Assembly (NCBI RefSeq): GCF_009914755.1
Contig: NC_060939.1
DNA length: 64,000 nucleotides
Direction: 5' to 3' (one strand)
Source of the DNA: the human T2T-CHM13v2.0 reference genome, Homo sapiens
The notes under the pieces are model-generated. The model was not told the origin of the DNA. It saw only the letters and a list, made by a program, of their open reading frames with translations, and searched no databases. Below are positions 50,101-64,000 of the stretch, piece after piece (within the stretch, counting starts at the first letter, position 1; each line of letters begins with the position of its first letter). The position numbers and the translations under genes are program-made.

Positions 50101-51057
50101 TATTTTTAAAAAAGGAAAGCAGGGTTTGGTAATGCACAGTTAAAAACAGCAATCAAAATGTTGTAAAGGAACATTGCTGTTTATAGGTTGCTGAGTTAAC
50201 ACTCCTAAAAACAATTACAAATGTCATTTTCTCTGAGCCTCGTTCTTTCAGTCCATAAAGAGTTAGTGCTACCTGAGTGATTCAACAATGCATAAGACAC
50301 ATTCCTTTAGCTTAAGGGTCTAACACGTAGAATGGGTATAAACATACAGACATAGACAATCAAAGTAGAAGTGCAGTGTGACAAGGAGAATGACAGAAAG
50401 TGGAATGCTATGGAAGTTTAGAGTGCAAAGTGATTTATTTCCATCCAAGGAACCTATTGTGATATTTTAATTGGGCCTGTGAAGATGGGGAGTATTTTGT
50501 CAGATTCTGAAAAAGTGAGAATTTCTCCATAAAGGATAAAATATGAGTAAGGTAATAGGAAAAATCAGGTACAAATGTCTTATAGTTATTTGTGTGGACT
50601 GAAATGCAGGAATTAGCATAGATAATATTGAGGGTTTTAACCAGACTGGACAACTGTGGACTGGGAAAGATATTAATGGGTGATGAGAAGTCTCTGAAGG
50701 GTTTGGACCTCACACAAATATGAGATCTTATAAACTGGCATGAGTGAGGAGCACTAGAAATGGCTGGTGAGAGATCTGTCTGGGACTTTTTTAAATGGTG
50801 TGCAGGTAGAAATAACAGGAGATAAAAAAATAGATATGAGACCCACTAGAGAGACAGAATGAAAATAAATTAGCAGTTAGTCACACAGATAAGGAAAGAG
50901 TAGTCACCTGTGTGTAGTGGAGATCAAATGCATCAGAGCTAAGATACCATTCTGGATGGATGCAGCCATGACATTGCAAAGCTAATGTCTTCATGCGTGC
51001 TGTAGAAGTCATGAGGCATAGGTTGTTGTGGATTCAGAACCATGAATAAAAAACCAT

Positions 51058-51322
51058 GTGTATTAGCCCATTCTCATGCTGCTATAAGGACATATCCAAG
51101 ACTGGGTAATTTGTAAAGAAAGAGGTTTAATTGACTCACAGTTCCACATGGCTGGAGAGGCCTCTGGAAACTTACAATCATGGCAGAAGGGGAGGCAAAC
51201 ACATCCTTCTTCATATGGTGGCAGGAGAGAGAAGTTCAGAGTGAAGAAGGGAAAAAAGTCCCTTATAAAACCATGAGCTCTGTGAGAACTCACTCAGTAT
51301 CATGAGAACAGCATGGGGAAAT
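51058..51322 (-). mobile_element. THE1D/MST-type LTR fragment
   Basis: TGTATTAG..GACTGGGTAATTT..AAAGAGGTTTAATTGACTCACAGTTCCACATGGCTG..AAACTTACAATCATGGCAGAAGG. Confidence 0.9.
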
Positions 51323-51334
51323 CAGACAAAAATA

Positions 51335-51573
51335 AAAATAAAAAATAATAATAGTACAACAGTAAAATTACAAATCAAAATACAGTATAACCACTTTTTA
51401 TATAACATTAGCTATTATAAATAATTTACAGATGATTTAAAGTATACAGGAGGAGATGCATAAGCTGTATGCAAATACTACACTGTTTTATATAAAAGAC
51501 TTGAGCATCCATGGATTTTGATATTCTTGGGAGTCTTGCAATCAACCTCCCAGGGATGTGAGGGATGACTGTA
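51335..51573. mobile_element. Tigger3/MER2-type DNA transposon fragment
   Basis: GATGATTTAAAGTATACAGGAGG..TATGCAAATACTAC..GACTTGAGCATCCATGGATTTTG..GAGGGATGACTGTA. Confidence 0.85.
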
Positions 51574-53073
51574 TTATTATATACCAGGGCACTTACTAAG
51601 GAAAAGAACATATCAGTGAAACAACTCCGAAGGCAGACCACGTAAAATTCTATACTTAATTAGAATGGGGCATGAAAGAGCTAAACATGCTTTCTGTCTT
51701 AACATAAAACAACAACGTGATTCTTCTTAATTCAGAAGATATCTTTGAGTCAGTAAATTTGCATGGAAGAACATCTAAGCTAAAAATATAGATTCCTTCA
51801 GGTTCTAGATGGGGATAACTTTGTCTCTTCCAAATTAATGTATCTAGACACACAGACTTGAAAAATAAAAGAGTATCATTTTAATGGCATATATGTTTTA
51901 GTACTTAAAAATATAAACTTGAAAGTTTAATAAGAATATGTGAACTTAGGATATCTAGCCTTTATATTAAGGAATAAAAGTTGCTCAGGCAGATGTTTCC
52001 TTTATGCGATCACTGCTAGTCTGGATTTCTTCATTAGATCTGTTAGTAGATTTCTGAATATTAGCATAGAGATAAATTTTTTCAGTAACACAGCTGGGAC
52101 TCTTGGCTTCCAAGTATTTGGAACACTCACAAGATTTCATTTCTTTCAGTTTTGTCATTATTTTCCTTATCTATTTTTTATCTCTTTATGTTGTCTCCAG
52201 TCCTATTCCAAGGATTTTCAGACTTGCTAACATTAAAAAATGCGTACAAAGTGTTTAGAAGGAAGAGAATGACTCTAAATAAATTTCTTTGCTTACCTTT
52301 ATTGGGTCACTTCAAAATAATTTAGAATGAAAATAATTAGGGCTTTATATTCTAAATTAATGATTCTCTAAACTGGGTCCAACAACATTGATGTTACTAA
52401 ACTATATTTTACTTTTGCTAAAATATTTCCGTTTCCATACCTATAATTCTTCATATATTCCTGTAAAGGCTTTATTTGTAGGACTTGTCAATTTTTAATA
52501 TAGGTAGAGATATAAATATATAACTTTTTGTACTATAATTATTGACACGTGGAAGACACTCTAAGACGGTGGTGTTCTTTAGTGAATGTTGAATGTCCAT
52601 GAATATGGGACTCTAGAACTTATTGTACATACAATGTTCTCTATGATCTCAAATATTTATAAGATTGCTCTAGGATAGATGTACTTTCATATAACAACAA
52701 CAACAAAATGAGAATCAAATAGGTTAAATTATATAGCCAAATTCCTCAAAGGAATTTGTGTTTTGAAATATTTTCAAACCCAGAATATTGTCAGAGGTCA
52801 TCCAGAGTCAGCAATATTTGGTTCTTTCTGCAACTATGGAGGAAATGAGTTCTGTCATTTACTTTACAGCATTTTTGTACTCTTTTCTTTTTTATTCATA
52901 ATTTTAAGCTATTGTTTCACACTGCACTTCCAAAATGTAACATGTATCTAACATGAACCTATTGGTTTTCCATTGACAAGGAAGAGATGTAATATTTATT
53001 AAGACATTTACCTAGTTCAATATGAATCTGTACCAACTAAAAGCAATATTTTAGTCAATATTTCCTGAGGTGA

Positions 53074-54406
<1,333 letters not shown>

Positions 54407-55299
54407 CACTTTAGTTTTAAGAAATGAAGGCACAAATTATTTCATTCTTACTAATGATAGTGCAATTGAAATCATCAGCGACCAGACATCTATTTTTAAA
54501 CATAGAAAGAAAAACGCAATTTTATTGTTTTGTTAAATAAAAAAAGACATGAAGCACTGCAAAAACAGAAGTACAGTTTTTGAAGTATAAATTTTGCTCT
54601 TTGTGTCCTCCCACCAAAACTTTATTTCTACAAATACTGGAGCTATTTTTTCTTTCCTAAAATTGAGTCTCTTATTGCTTAATGTCATGTAATTTTGCTT
54701 CCTTTCTTCTGCACAATTCATTTCTTTCTCCCAGTTTGTTCTAATAGGCATGCATGTAAACATTGACTAAAATACCGCCTAGCTTAAAGGCAACTAACCA
54801 AACATACATTCTTTTTTAATACAATGTTTCCTCCATACATCCTGGCTATTGTTTTACCTCCCTAGTCTTCATAGCAAGGCTTGTTTTTAAGATTTTGCTA
54901 AATGATATCCTCTTTCTTATCTTCCAGTTTCTCTTTAACCTATTCTCAATCATGACCCCTTCAGAGTTTCCTCACAACAATTTCCATCCTGTACATCCAT
55001 GAGAAAATGTCCTCCTGCATCTTATTTGACTCAGCAGCACTCTACAATACTGAACATTCTGATCTTTGTTTTGCTTTTCTTGGCTTCTGCCATCCATCCA
55101 CACTCTGTGTTTTTCACTGTGTTTCATGGGCTGATCTTTCTGAGAATCCTTGGTTACTTCTCATCATACAATTTCCAAATCTTGGTAAAACCTGGGACTT
55201 GATCCTGAGACCTCCTTTTCCCCACATTCTTCTTAGGTAATTTCATGCTTTTTAAAATTAGGTCATATCTCTAACAACATATTTTATGGATTCCACATG

Positions 55300-55505
55300 G
55301 CCCTAGATATATGGCAAACTGCATTCTGTGAACTGGAGTACTCTTTTCTGTAAATAAAGTTTTATTGGAATACACCCGTACTTGTCCATTTACACACTGT
55401 CACACTGCTTTGACTACAACACAGAGTTGAGTAGTTCTGACAGAGGCTAAATTAAAATATTTACTATCTGACCCTGTAAGAAGAAAATTCCCAACCCCTA
55501 GTATA
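55300..55505. mobile_element. MER58-like fragment
   Basis: TGTAAATAAAGTTTTATTGGAA..CAGAGTTGAGTAGTT..AAAATATTTACTATCTGACCC. Confidence 0.75.
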
Positions 55506-57244
55506 GAATAAAATTTTTTTAGCAGGATATGAAAGGCTTTTCATGACTTGTTTCTTAACATTCTTTTGAGATTTATCTCACAGCTGTGTTTTTAGTCCAA
55601 GAGTTCCAAAGAACTTGTGGTTCCTTAAATGTTTTACATCTTTGTGCTTATAATTTTTTGTGTCTCATATGCTTTCAGAAACTATAATCACTTGGAAAGT
55701 TATATTTTTACCCTTCAAAACAATGGATAAGGCACCTTATTTTCAAAACTTTTAAAATCTCCCAAATAATTATTACTGTTTATGTGCTATCACGTATACT
55801 CTTCTAATGTTGTATATATCTCACCGTATTTCAGTTACTTGATTACACTCAAGTTTTTGAAATTTCAAAAAAAAGATAAAAAGGAAATTAAAAATTCTCT
55901 AAATATTACTATTTTCATTTTGAAATATATAAAGTAAAAATGTTCTTTCCATTCCAGCCCTTCAATTTGGTATGTACCTTTTTCTATTTTTTTATACTCA
56001 TGGAAAAATGATATAGATAGACCAATATATAATAAAATAGGATAATATACAGTTTTTAAATCACATTTGAAAATACATACTGTTAGTTCACTTCTATAGT
56101 ACATAAACATCTTTATTTAGTAAAGTAGTAACATTGAATTTCCTCATGGAGATGTTTATTATAAATTATTCAACCAGCTCTATATGATGGTTAGGTAATA
56201 CCTTTTTTTTTTTGCTATTGTACACTCTCATAAACAACTTTGCTCATTTATCTTTTTCTGCTAGAATTTATGTAGCCATTTTTTTTGAAATGAAGCTACA
56301 CAATTCTGTAAGAATTTTTTCTCTTATACTTACCTCATAGATTTGGGGCTGTGATACAAATATGTGAACTTTGCTTTATGTCTAAACAGTACCAGGTTAA
56401 CTTTTGGTCCAGAATAAAATGTATGTGAATACTTTTTCTTATGTCATTGTCAACAATGGATGGAACTAATCTTTCAAAGTTGACAATTTTATGATTCATG
56501 TTTTCAAACTTTTTTAGTGTATTTAATTACCTTTTATAACCTTTTATAATTATATTTTATATAAATATAGTGTATTTATATACCTTTTATGTTTCTATTA
56601 ATTGCAGATCTTTATTAAGTTTACATTTGTCTATTTGGTTGTTATATTCATATTTATATATAGGACTTCCTAATTTAGTAGACAAATAACCATTTGGTCT
56701 GTTTATACTCTTCAAATGCTTCTTCCAAGTTTATATTTTATCATTAGACTTTATAATTACTCTTATTTTATCTTTGCAAATGCTGCATTACTTGATTTAT
56801 TTTCAGAGGCTTTACTCAAAGAATATAAACATTATTTTTCTAATTGTCTTATGTAATGCTTGGACCTCTTATCCATTTGGAATATGTTTTTGTATATGCT
56901 GGGTAGTAGCATATACTTTCCTAACTAAATTGAAATACCACTATATTTACATATCTGATTTTACTTCTGTATGCTACTAGGTAGTAATTTTCTATTTGTT
57001 GATTATGTTCCCATGTCAAACAATTTTAATTATAGTAGCTTTATTTTTTTAGACATCTGTTTCTACATTTTGCTTCTTATTAGATTTAGATTTAAATTCT
57101 TACTGAGAAGGGCTTTCTCACTAATCTCTTTGGTCCAAGGCTTACTGTGGTTTTGACAGACAGATTCTATCACTAAATCATGTCTAACTTATTGACTTGG
57201 AACTCTATTGCTCTTTGAAATTTCTGTTATTCCATGTTGGCCAA

Positions 57245-57884
57245 CATATAATGGAAGACAGCATAAGAGGCAGAAAGAAACAAAGTATCTACAAAACAAC
57301 CAGAAAACAATTAACAAAATGGTAGTAGTAAGCCCTTGCCTATCAATAATTACCTTGAATATAAATGCATTAAATCCTACAAAAAAGAGAGTAACTGAAA
57401 GGATAAAGAAACAAGCCCCAACTATTCGCTGCCCGTAAGAGGCTCATCTTGTATTTTAGGACACACACAAACTGAAAATGAAGGGATGGAAAAAGATATT
57501 CCATGCAAATGAAAACAAAGAGAAAAGCTCAAAAACTGAAATAGGAGACACATAAGAACATGATATGATGATAAAGGGTCAATTTATGAAGAGGATATAA
57601 CAATAGCAATTACACATATGCTCAACGTTGGAGCACTTAAAATATAAAACAAATATGAAATGCTCTTGAGAGAGAGAGAGATTACCATACAATCATAGTA
57701 AGGGACTTGAATATATCACTTTCAACAATGGACTGATTATTCAGGCAGAAAATTAATAAGAAAACATGAGACTTGAACGACGCATTAGATCAAATGGACC
57801 TAACACACATATACAGAACATTCCATCCAATAGCAACAGCATACACAATATTAAGCTCACAGAGAACATTCTCCAGGATAGATC
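57245..57884 (+). mobile_element. Degenerate L1 fragment covering the ORF2 endonuclease start
   Basis: MVVVSPCLSIITLNINALN..KRVTERIKKQAPTI matches L1 ORF2 N-terminus (TLNVNGLN); GGATGGAAAAAGATATTCCATGCAAATG. Confidence 0.9.
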
Positions 57885-58795
57885 ACCTGCCCTGCCCAGT
57901 TTACTAATCAGAAAGGAATAGATCGGCCTGGCGTGGTGGCTCACGCTTGTGATCCCAGGACTTTGGACAGCCGAGCGCGGATTATCACTTAAGCCTAGGA
58001 GTTCCAGACCGGCTTGGGCAACATGGTGAAAACCAGTCACTTTTTTTTTTTTTTTGAGGTGGAGTTTCACTCTTGTTGCCCTGCTGGAGGGCAGTGGCGA
58101 GGTCTCGGCTCCCCGCGGCCTCTGCCTCTGGGTTTGGCTGGTTCTCCTGCCTCAGCCTCCCGAGTGCCTGGGATTGCAGGCCTGAGCCACCATGCAGGGC
58201 TCATTTTGTTATTTATTTATTTATTTATTTATTTATTTTGGTACAGACGGGGTTTCCCCATGTTGGTCAGGCTGGTTGGTCTCAAATTCCCGACCTCAGG
58301 CTATTCCCTGCCTCGGCCTCTCAAAGTGCTGGGATTACAGGCGTGATCGGCCTGGCGTGGTGGTTCACGCTGTTAATCACAGGACTTGTGACGGCCAAGC
58401 GCGGCAGATGGCTTGAGCCTAGGACTTCCAGACGGGCCTGGGCAACATGGTGTAACCCGGTCCCTTTTTTTTTTTTTTTTTTTTGAGAGGGAGTTTTGCT
58501 CTTGTTGCCCAGGCTGGAATGCAGTGGCGCGGTCTCTGTTCCCCGCAGCCTCCGCCTCCCGGGTTTGGGTGGCTGGGATTGCAGGCCTGAACCACCATGC
58601 TAGGCTCATTATATATATATATTTTTGTTGTTTTTGTTGTTGGAGATGGGTTTTCTCCATGTTGGTAAGGCTGGTCTCAATATCCTGACCTCAGGTTATC
58701 CGCTCTCTTCGGCCTCCCGGGGTGCTGGGATCGCAGGCGTGAGCCACCGCGCTCAGGCCAATTTATTAATCAGACAGGAATAGGTCGGCCTGGTG
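57885..58795. repeat. Tandem array (~2.1 units) of [spacer + sense FLAM-like monomer + antisense AluSp-like dimer] with A>G excess
   Basis: Spacer ~57898-57924 and ~58760-58786; monomers 57925-58040 and 58349-58464; antisense Alus 58041-58346 and 58465-58759; third monomer start 58787-58795. Confidence 0.9.
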
Positions 58796-59678
58796 TTTTA
58801 CATACATCAGTTAGCTCAAGTTCACTGATGATGTTGGTCAAACTTTCCAAGGCTTGCTGAGTTTTAGAAATTATTCAATCATTTGCTTACAGGGACACCT
58901 AGTGGTTCAAAATACTACTAAGTTAACCCAAGTTATTACACACTGGATATTCAATGAAGATCAATTAGTTTGGTTATTGGTGAATGATTTTTCTCCCTTT
59001 TGAAAAATAATAGCCACAAATATTTTGATGAGGAAAGGGGACAGAAAATGCACTAGGACATATTTTACAAGTATTTTAACCTCTTATTTTAACAAAAATC
59101 TCCCAGGAGGCACAATATGGATTAATTCTGTTGATTCTTACTCTGTGGCCTTTCCAGTGCATGCTTCCATGCAACACAATTTCCAGCTTCTATCTACCAA
59201 TATCTTTCTTACTCGGCATCTGAAGGAGGTATCATGGCTCAAATGTGTGTGTGCGTGTGTGTTCTTTATCCCTGTCTTTCTCTCTCTCGGTAACTGTCTG
59301 TCTCTAGTTTGCCATACATATATTAAGTTCAAACATTGTGTTTAGTCTATATGGTTTCCTTAAGAAAGTAGAAAGCAATTTTGTATAAAAAAAAGAATAA
59401 TTTCACCTACTTTTTTTTATTGCAGAAACACATCACCCAGTTACCCATTATTCCCCTCACAAATGTTTAATACACATTTTCTGTTGAAGTGTAACATATA
59501 TACAAACATTTATTCTCAAATAATAAGTACACAGCTTTATAAATACTCACAAATTGAATACACAAATGCAATCATATCATTTAATGAATTATAATTAACA
59601 TAATTATCATAATTAACAGCCCAAAGAAGTCCCCTTCCAATCACTAAAATTGTTACCTATTTTTATGTTGGTTTCTAA

Positions 59679-59990
<312 letters not shown>

Positions 59991-60340
59991 TGACTATTTT
60001 TAACTGTATAACTATGCAGTCATAAATTATGTGGGTTTGTTTCTGTATCCAGCTTCTTTTACTTATCCTTAAATCTGTGAGATACACAGTTATGTTTTTT
60101 CATGGAGATGTAGTTTATTCATTCTCATTGTTGTATGCTTGACATTTATGTATACATAAAAAATTCTAAACATTCTACTAAATGTTGATGAACATTTAGT
60201 TTTTCTCCAGTTTGGGACCATTAAAATAGTGCTTTATGAATATCCTAGTACATGGTGGAGGTGGTGTCTAGCAGAATCATTCCATTATTTTGATTACATG
60301 CCTAGAGGAAGTGCTGTGTCATAAGTTTAAAAAATTCTGA

Positions 60341-60684
<344 letters not shown>

Positions 60685-60749
60685 TTATACCGGAAATGTA
60701 CAATTATGTTGGTTACACCATATCCCCTCCAACAATTAATAGTTTTGGC

Positions 60750-61249
60750 TTTCTCATTATATGGATAGAATCCTCCAGAGAAACACAACTAATAATGAAA
60801 TATATATATCTATGTATTTATAGATATATATAATAGAAAATTAGCTTTCACGATGGTGGAAGCAGAGAAGTCTCAAAATCTGCAGTCCAAAAAACTAGGA
60901 GCCTAGAGAGTCAGTAGTGCAGCATGAGTCTGAGTCTGCAGGCAGGAAAGCCAGGAGAGCTGATGGTGTAAGTTCCAGTCTGAGTCTGAAGGCAGAAGAC
61001 TGATGTCCCAGCTTGGAGACAGTCAGGGAGAGAGAAAATTCTCTCTTCTCAGCCTTTTGTTCAATTCATGCCTTCAGTGGATTAGCTAAGGTCCACCTAC
61101 ACTGGGGAGGGCAATCTTCTTTACTCAGTCCACCGATTCCAGTGTTATTATCATCCAGAAACACCTCACACACACATAGAATAATGCCGAACTAAATGTC
61201 TGGGCATTCTGTGTCCCAGTCAAGTTGACACATAAAATTAACCATCACA
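60750..61249 (-). mobile_element. MLT2B-type LTR of ERVL
   Basis: CTCCAGAGAAACA..GGCAGAAGACTGATGTCCCAGCT..CAAGTTGACACATAAAATTAACCATCACA. Confidence 0.9.
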
Positions 61250-64000
61250 AAGCTACTGCTTGTCAATTGTTTACTCATATGCATGTCATTAAACCATACT
61301 TAATTTCCAAATGAAGATAATAACAAAGTCATAATTTGACCTAACATGATACAACGATCATGCATACAACCAAAAATGCACTAATTAATACCCTTTTCAG
61401 AAGAAAGATTAAAGTCTTTGAGTACTCCTTCTCCCCTTGATATCCCATAACTTAAATATTATGACATTAAAATACTATGATATAAAGCTAATACACATTT
61501 GATAGATAAGAAAATAAGAGAAAAAAAATATATTTGTTACATACCCAAAAGCACATTTTAACAAAATAAGGAGATGCTCATGATCATTACAAAAAATTCT
61601 TCTTTCTATAAATTGTGGCAAGGATGTTGTTGGTATTTGTAACTATTTTCTTCTGCTGCCTATTCTGTACTCCCCTTGCCTTCAGCAAGCACCTCAGCTG
61701 GTTGTGGTTGTTTACTTCATAGGTTACCCAACATTTCATTCCTAAAGGATCTTGACAATCAGTAGTCCTGCCTAGGCTAGGACGCTGTAGTTTTCTAATC
61801 ACTTTAATTGAAGGATATCACGTTACTAAGAAATGTCTAACAAATCCCCTATATTCCAAATATATTCTTCCATACTTCCATTGTGGAGGAGCAGGTCAAT
61901 TTCCCATTGGAAATCTATCAGTCACTCCAGGTGGCACCATAACTCTCTTCTTTGCCTGTTGATTCAGACATGAGAAGTCCGAAGTGATGGAGTGGCAATC
62001 TCAAATTCTAGTCTGATTGAATTATGGTTGTGTCTTCTGGTGGAAGCATTCCTTTGGAAATAAAAACTCTAGGCCACACAAGCAAAACGTCATAAGAACA
62101 GTAAGAAAAAAATTAGTGGGTCGCTAGGAATAATAGTATGTTGTGCTGAAGCAGGATATTTCCCTGCTGCATTCCCATTCCACCCCTCATGGGAGGGAGC
62201 ACACATGTGAGTGGGTACAGGAGCCAGGGCAAGCACTTTTGGGTGCAGGCAGGAGCAAACTCCATACAGGCCCTGCAGCAGCATCTAGGGGGTGTGCCCA
62301 CGACCCCTGAAGCCCCAGAAGAAGTGTTATGGTGCTCTTTTCGCTCAGCCATCTGCAGACGGCTTAAGTGTTAACAGCTCAGCGGAGGGTTAGTGTGACA
62401 GTCTTTTGCACCTGCACTCACGGCACCCAAGTTCTTGTCTGGAGTCCAGGAGGAATGAAGTTCCACAAACGAATTGAAGATGGTAAATGTAGGGGATTTT
62501 ATTGTCAATGAAAGTGGCTTTGAGTGGGAAGGGGAGCTGAAAGGGGGAGGGAGTGGGAAGGTAATCATACCCTGAAGTCCAGCCATCCCCGGCCAGACTC
62601 CTATCCGAAGCTACACCATCAACCGTCCCTCTGAAGTCAAGCCGCTTCTCTCCAATGGTCAACCATAGTCTCCTGCTGTTCACTGCCCTCTCTGGCTGAG
62701 TTTTGTGTTTTTTATAGGCACAGAATGGGGAGCAGTGTGGGCCATGGGTGGTTTTGGAAAAGGCAACATTCTAGTGGGAACACAGGGATATAAATTCTCA
62801 CTTTGGACCATGGTATCAGGGCTTTCAGCTTGAGGGTCAGGCCCTCGCTGGGGACCCACCCTCTTCTGCCCAGAATTTCCTTGCCTCCTGTCCCTATCAG
62901 TGCTTTTCCCATTTCCACCCCTTAATTCATGGATCCATGGATCCTAGATATCAGAGAAACTGTACCATATATTAGACCCTAATTTAAAATATATACAGTC
63001 TGTTGGAGAACCTTGCCCCAGCCCTACAAAGTATTGCCTGTTAGCTACTGTTGTGACTCAGTCAACTTTTGTAAAGGCCATTTCACTGTTCCATGAAGCC
63101 AGTTGCTTCAAGGTGGTGGGGAACATGGTAAAACCACTGAATTCCATGAGTATGGGCCCATTACCACACGTCTTTTTGGTGAAGTGAGTTCCATGATTAA
63201 CAATGCTGTGTAGAATTACCATGATTGTGGATAAGACATTCTGTAAGTCCACAAGTGATAGTTTTGGCAGAAGCAGTACATGAAGGAAATGCAATTTTAT
63301 TTCCAGAGTGTTTATTCCAATAAGAAAATAAACACTGGCTCTTCCTTGATGGAAGTGGTCCAGTTTCTTTAATATGTCACAAGGTAGCCAGCTGATTACC
63401 TGGGAAATGGTGCCATAATGGGGGTACAGTGCTGCTGGTAGATTGGGCTCTCCGCAGTGGCCATAGTCACGTCAGTCTTGGTGACTGGAAGTCCATGTTG
63501 CTAAGCCTATACTTAACCCCCTTCCCTGTCACCATAAACACTTTGTTCATGAACCCAATGGATGATGACATGTTACTGGGAAATAGGCTGACTAATATCC
63601 AAAGAACGAATCTTCTATCCATTTGATTATTAAAATCGTCTCCTCTTAAGGTCACCGTTTAGTGAGTATTCACATGGGCAATAAATATCTTCGTGGTTTT
63701 TGCTCACTCAGAGAAGTATATTATCAGACCTCTTTCTCAAACATCTTTGTCACCAATTTTTCAACAATTTTCCTTCCAAGTCCCTGAATATCCTGCCAAA
63801 CCATTGGCAGCAGCCCATGAATCAGTATATAATTGCATGTCTGGCCATTTTTCCTTCCAAGAAAGTGCACAACTAGGTGCACTGTCTAAAGGTCTGCTGA
63901 CTAGGCAGATTTCTCTTCACCATTGTCCTCCAGAGATGTCCCAAACAGAGGCTGTAGTGTTGCAAATGCCCACCATTGTGTAGTGCCTGCATAGTATGCA
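61250..64000 (-). mobile_element. Degenerate ERVL internal region (pol/integrase), runs off the window
   Basis: Directly abuts the MLT2 LTR; minus-strand remnants GTHFT and DFNNQMDR resemble HERV-L pol. Confidence 0.85.
62147..62899 (-). mobile_element. LTR1-family (ERV1) solo LTR nested in the ERVL
   Basis: TG..CA ends; 4-bp TSD GTGC at 62143-62146 and 62900-62903; minus strand starts TGATAGGGACAGGAGGCAAGGAAATTCTGGGCAGAAGAGGG. Confidence 0.88.

Noticed and set aside
57885-58795. SVA element or APOBEC3-edited retroelement
   Set aside because: No CCCTCT hexamer, SVA VNTR or SINE-R; changes run from consensus A to G, whereas APOBEC3 gives G>A or C>T.

Overview
Human-type genomic DNA. The gene content points to the 15q11-q13 segmental-duplication region (inferred from gene content, not mapped). 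It has four parts. (1) 1-20.8 kb: GC-rich and very Alu-dense, with MaLR/ERV LTRs and a GC-box-rich CpG patch at 11.2-11.5 kb. (2) 20.9-28.3 kb: a four-exon internal fragment of a HERC2 pseudogene (+ strand). (3) 30.0-38.8 kb: an eight-exon golgin gene on the minus strand matching GOLGA6L2. Its last exon is a ~2.6 kb 21-bp VNTR that is almost stop-free in every frame. In this allele two 5-nt deletions rotate translation from coiled coil to Gly/acidic to Arg/Cys-rich sequence and end it at a TGA at 31135 (872 aa predicted). An intact GM130-type C-terminal tail is left out of frame downstream. (4) 40-64 kb: AT-rich and gene-free, with many young Alus, L1 and DNA-transposon fossils and an ERVL provirus fragment carrying a nested LTR1-type solo LTR. 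The most unusual item is at 57.9-58.8 kb: a circularly permuted tandem of [27-nt spacer + sense Alu monomer + antisense Alu]. It carries strand-specific, copy-specific A-to-G changes, which suggests an ADAR-hyperedited, possibly circular, RNA written back into the genome. Repeat subfamily names come from recalled consensus motifs and repeat boundaries are approximate. No searches were run.
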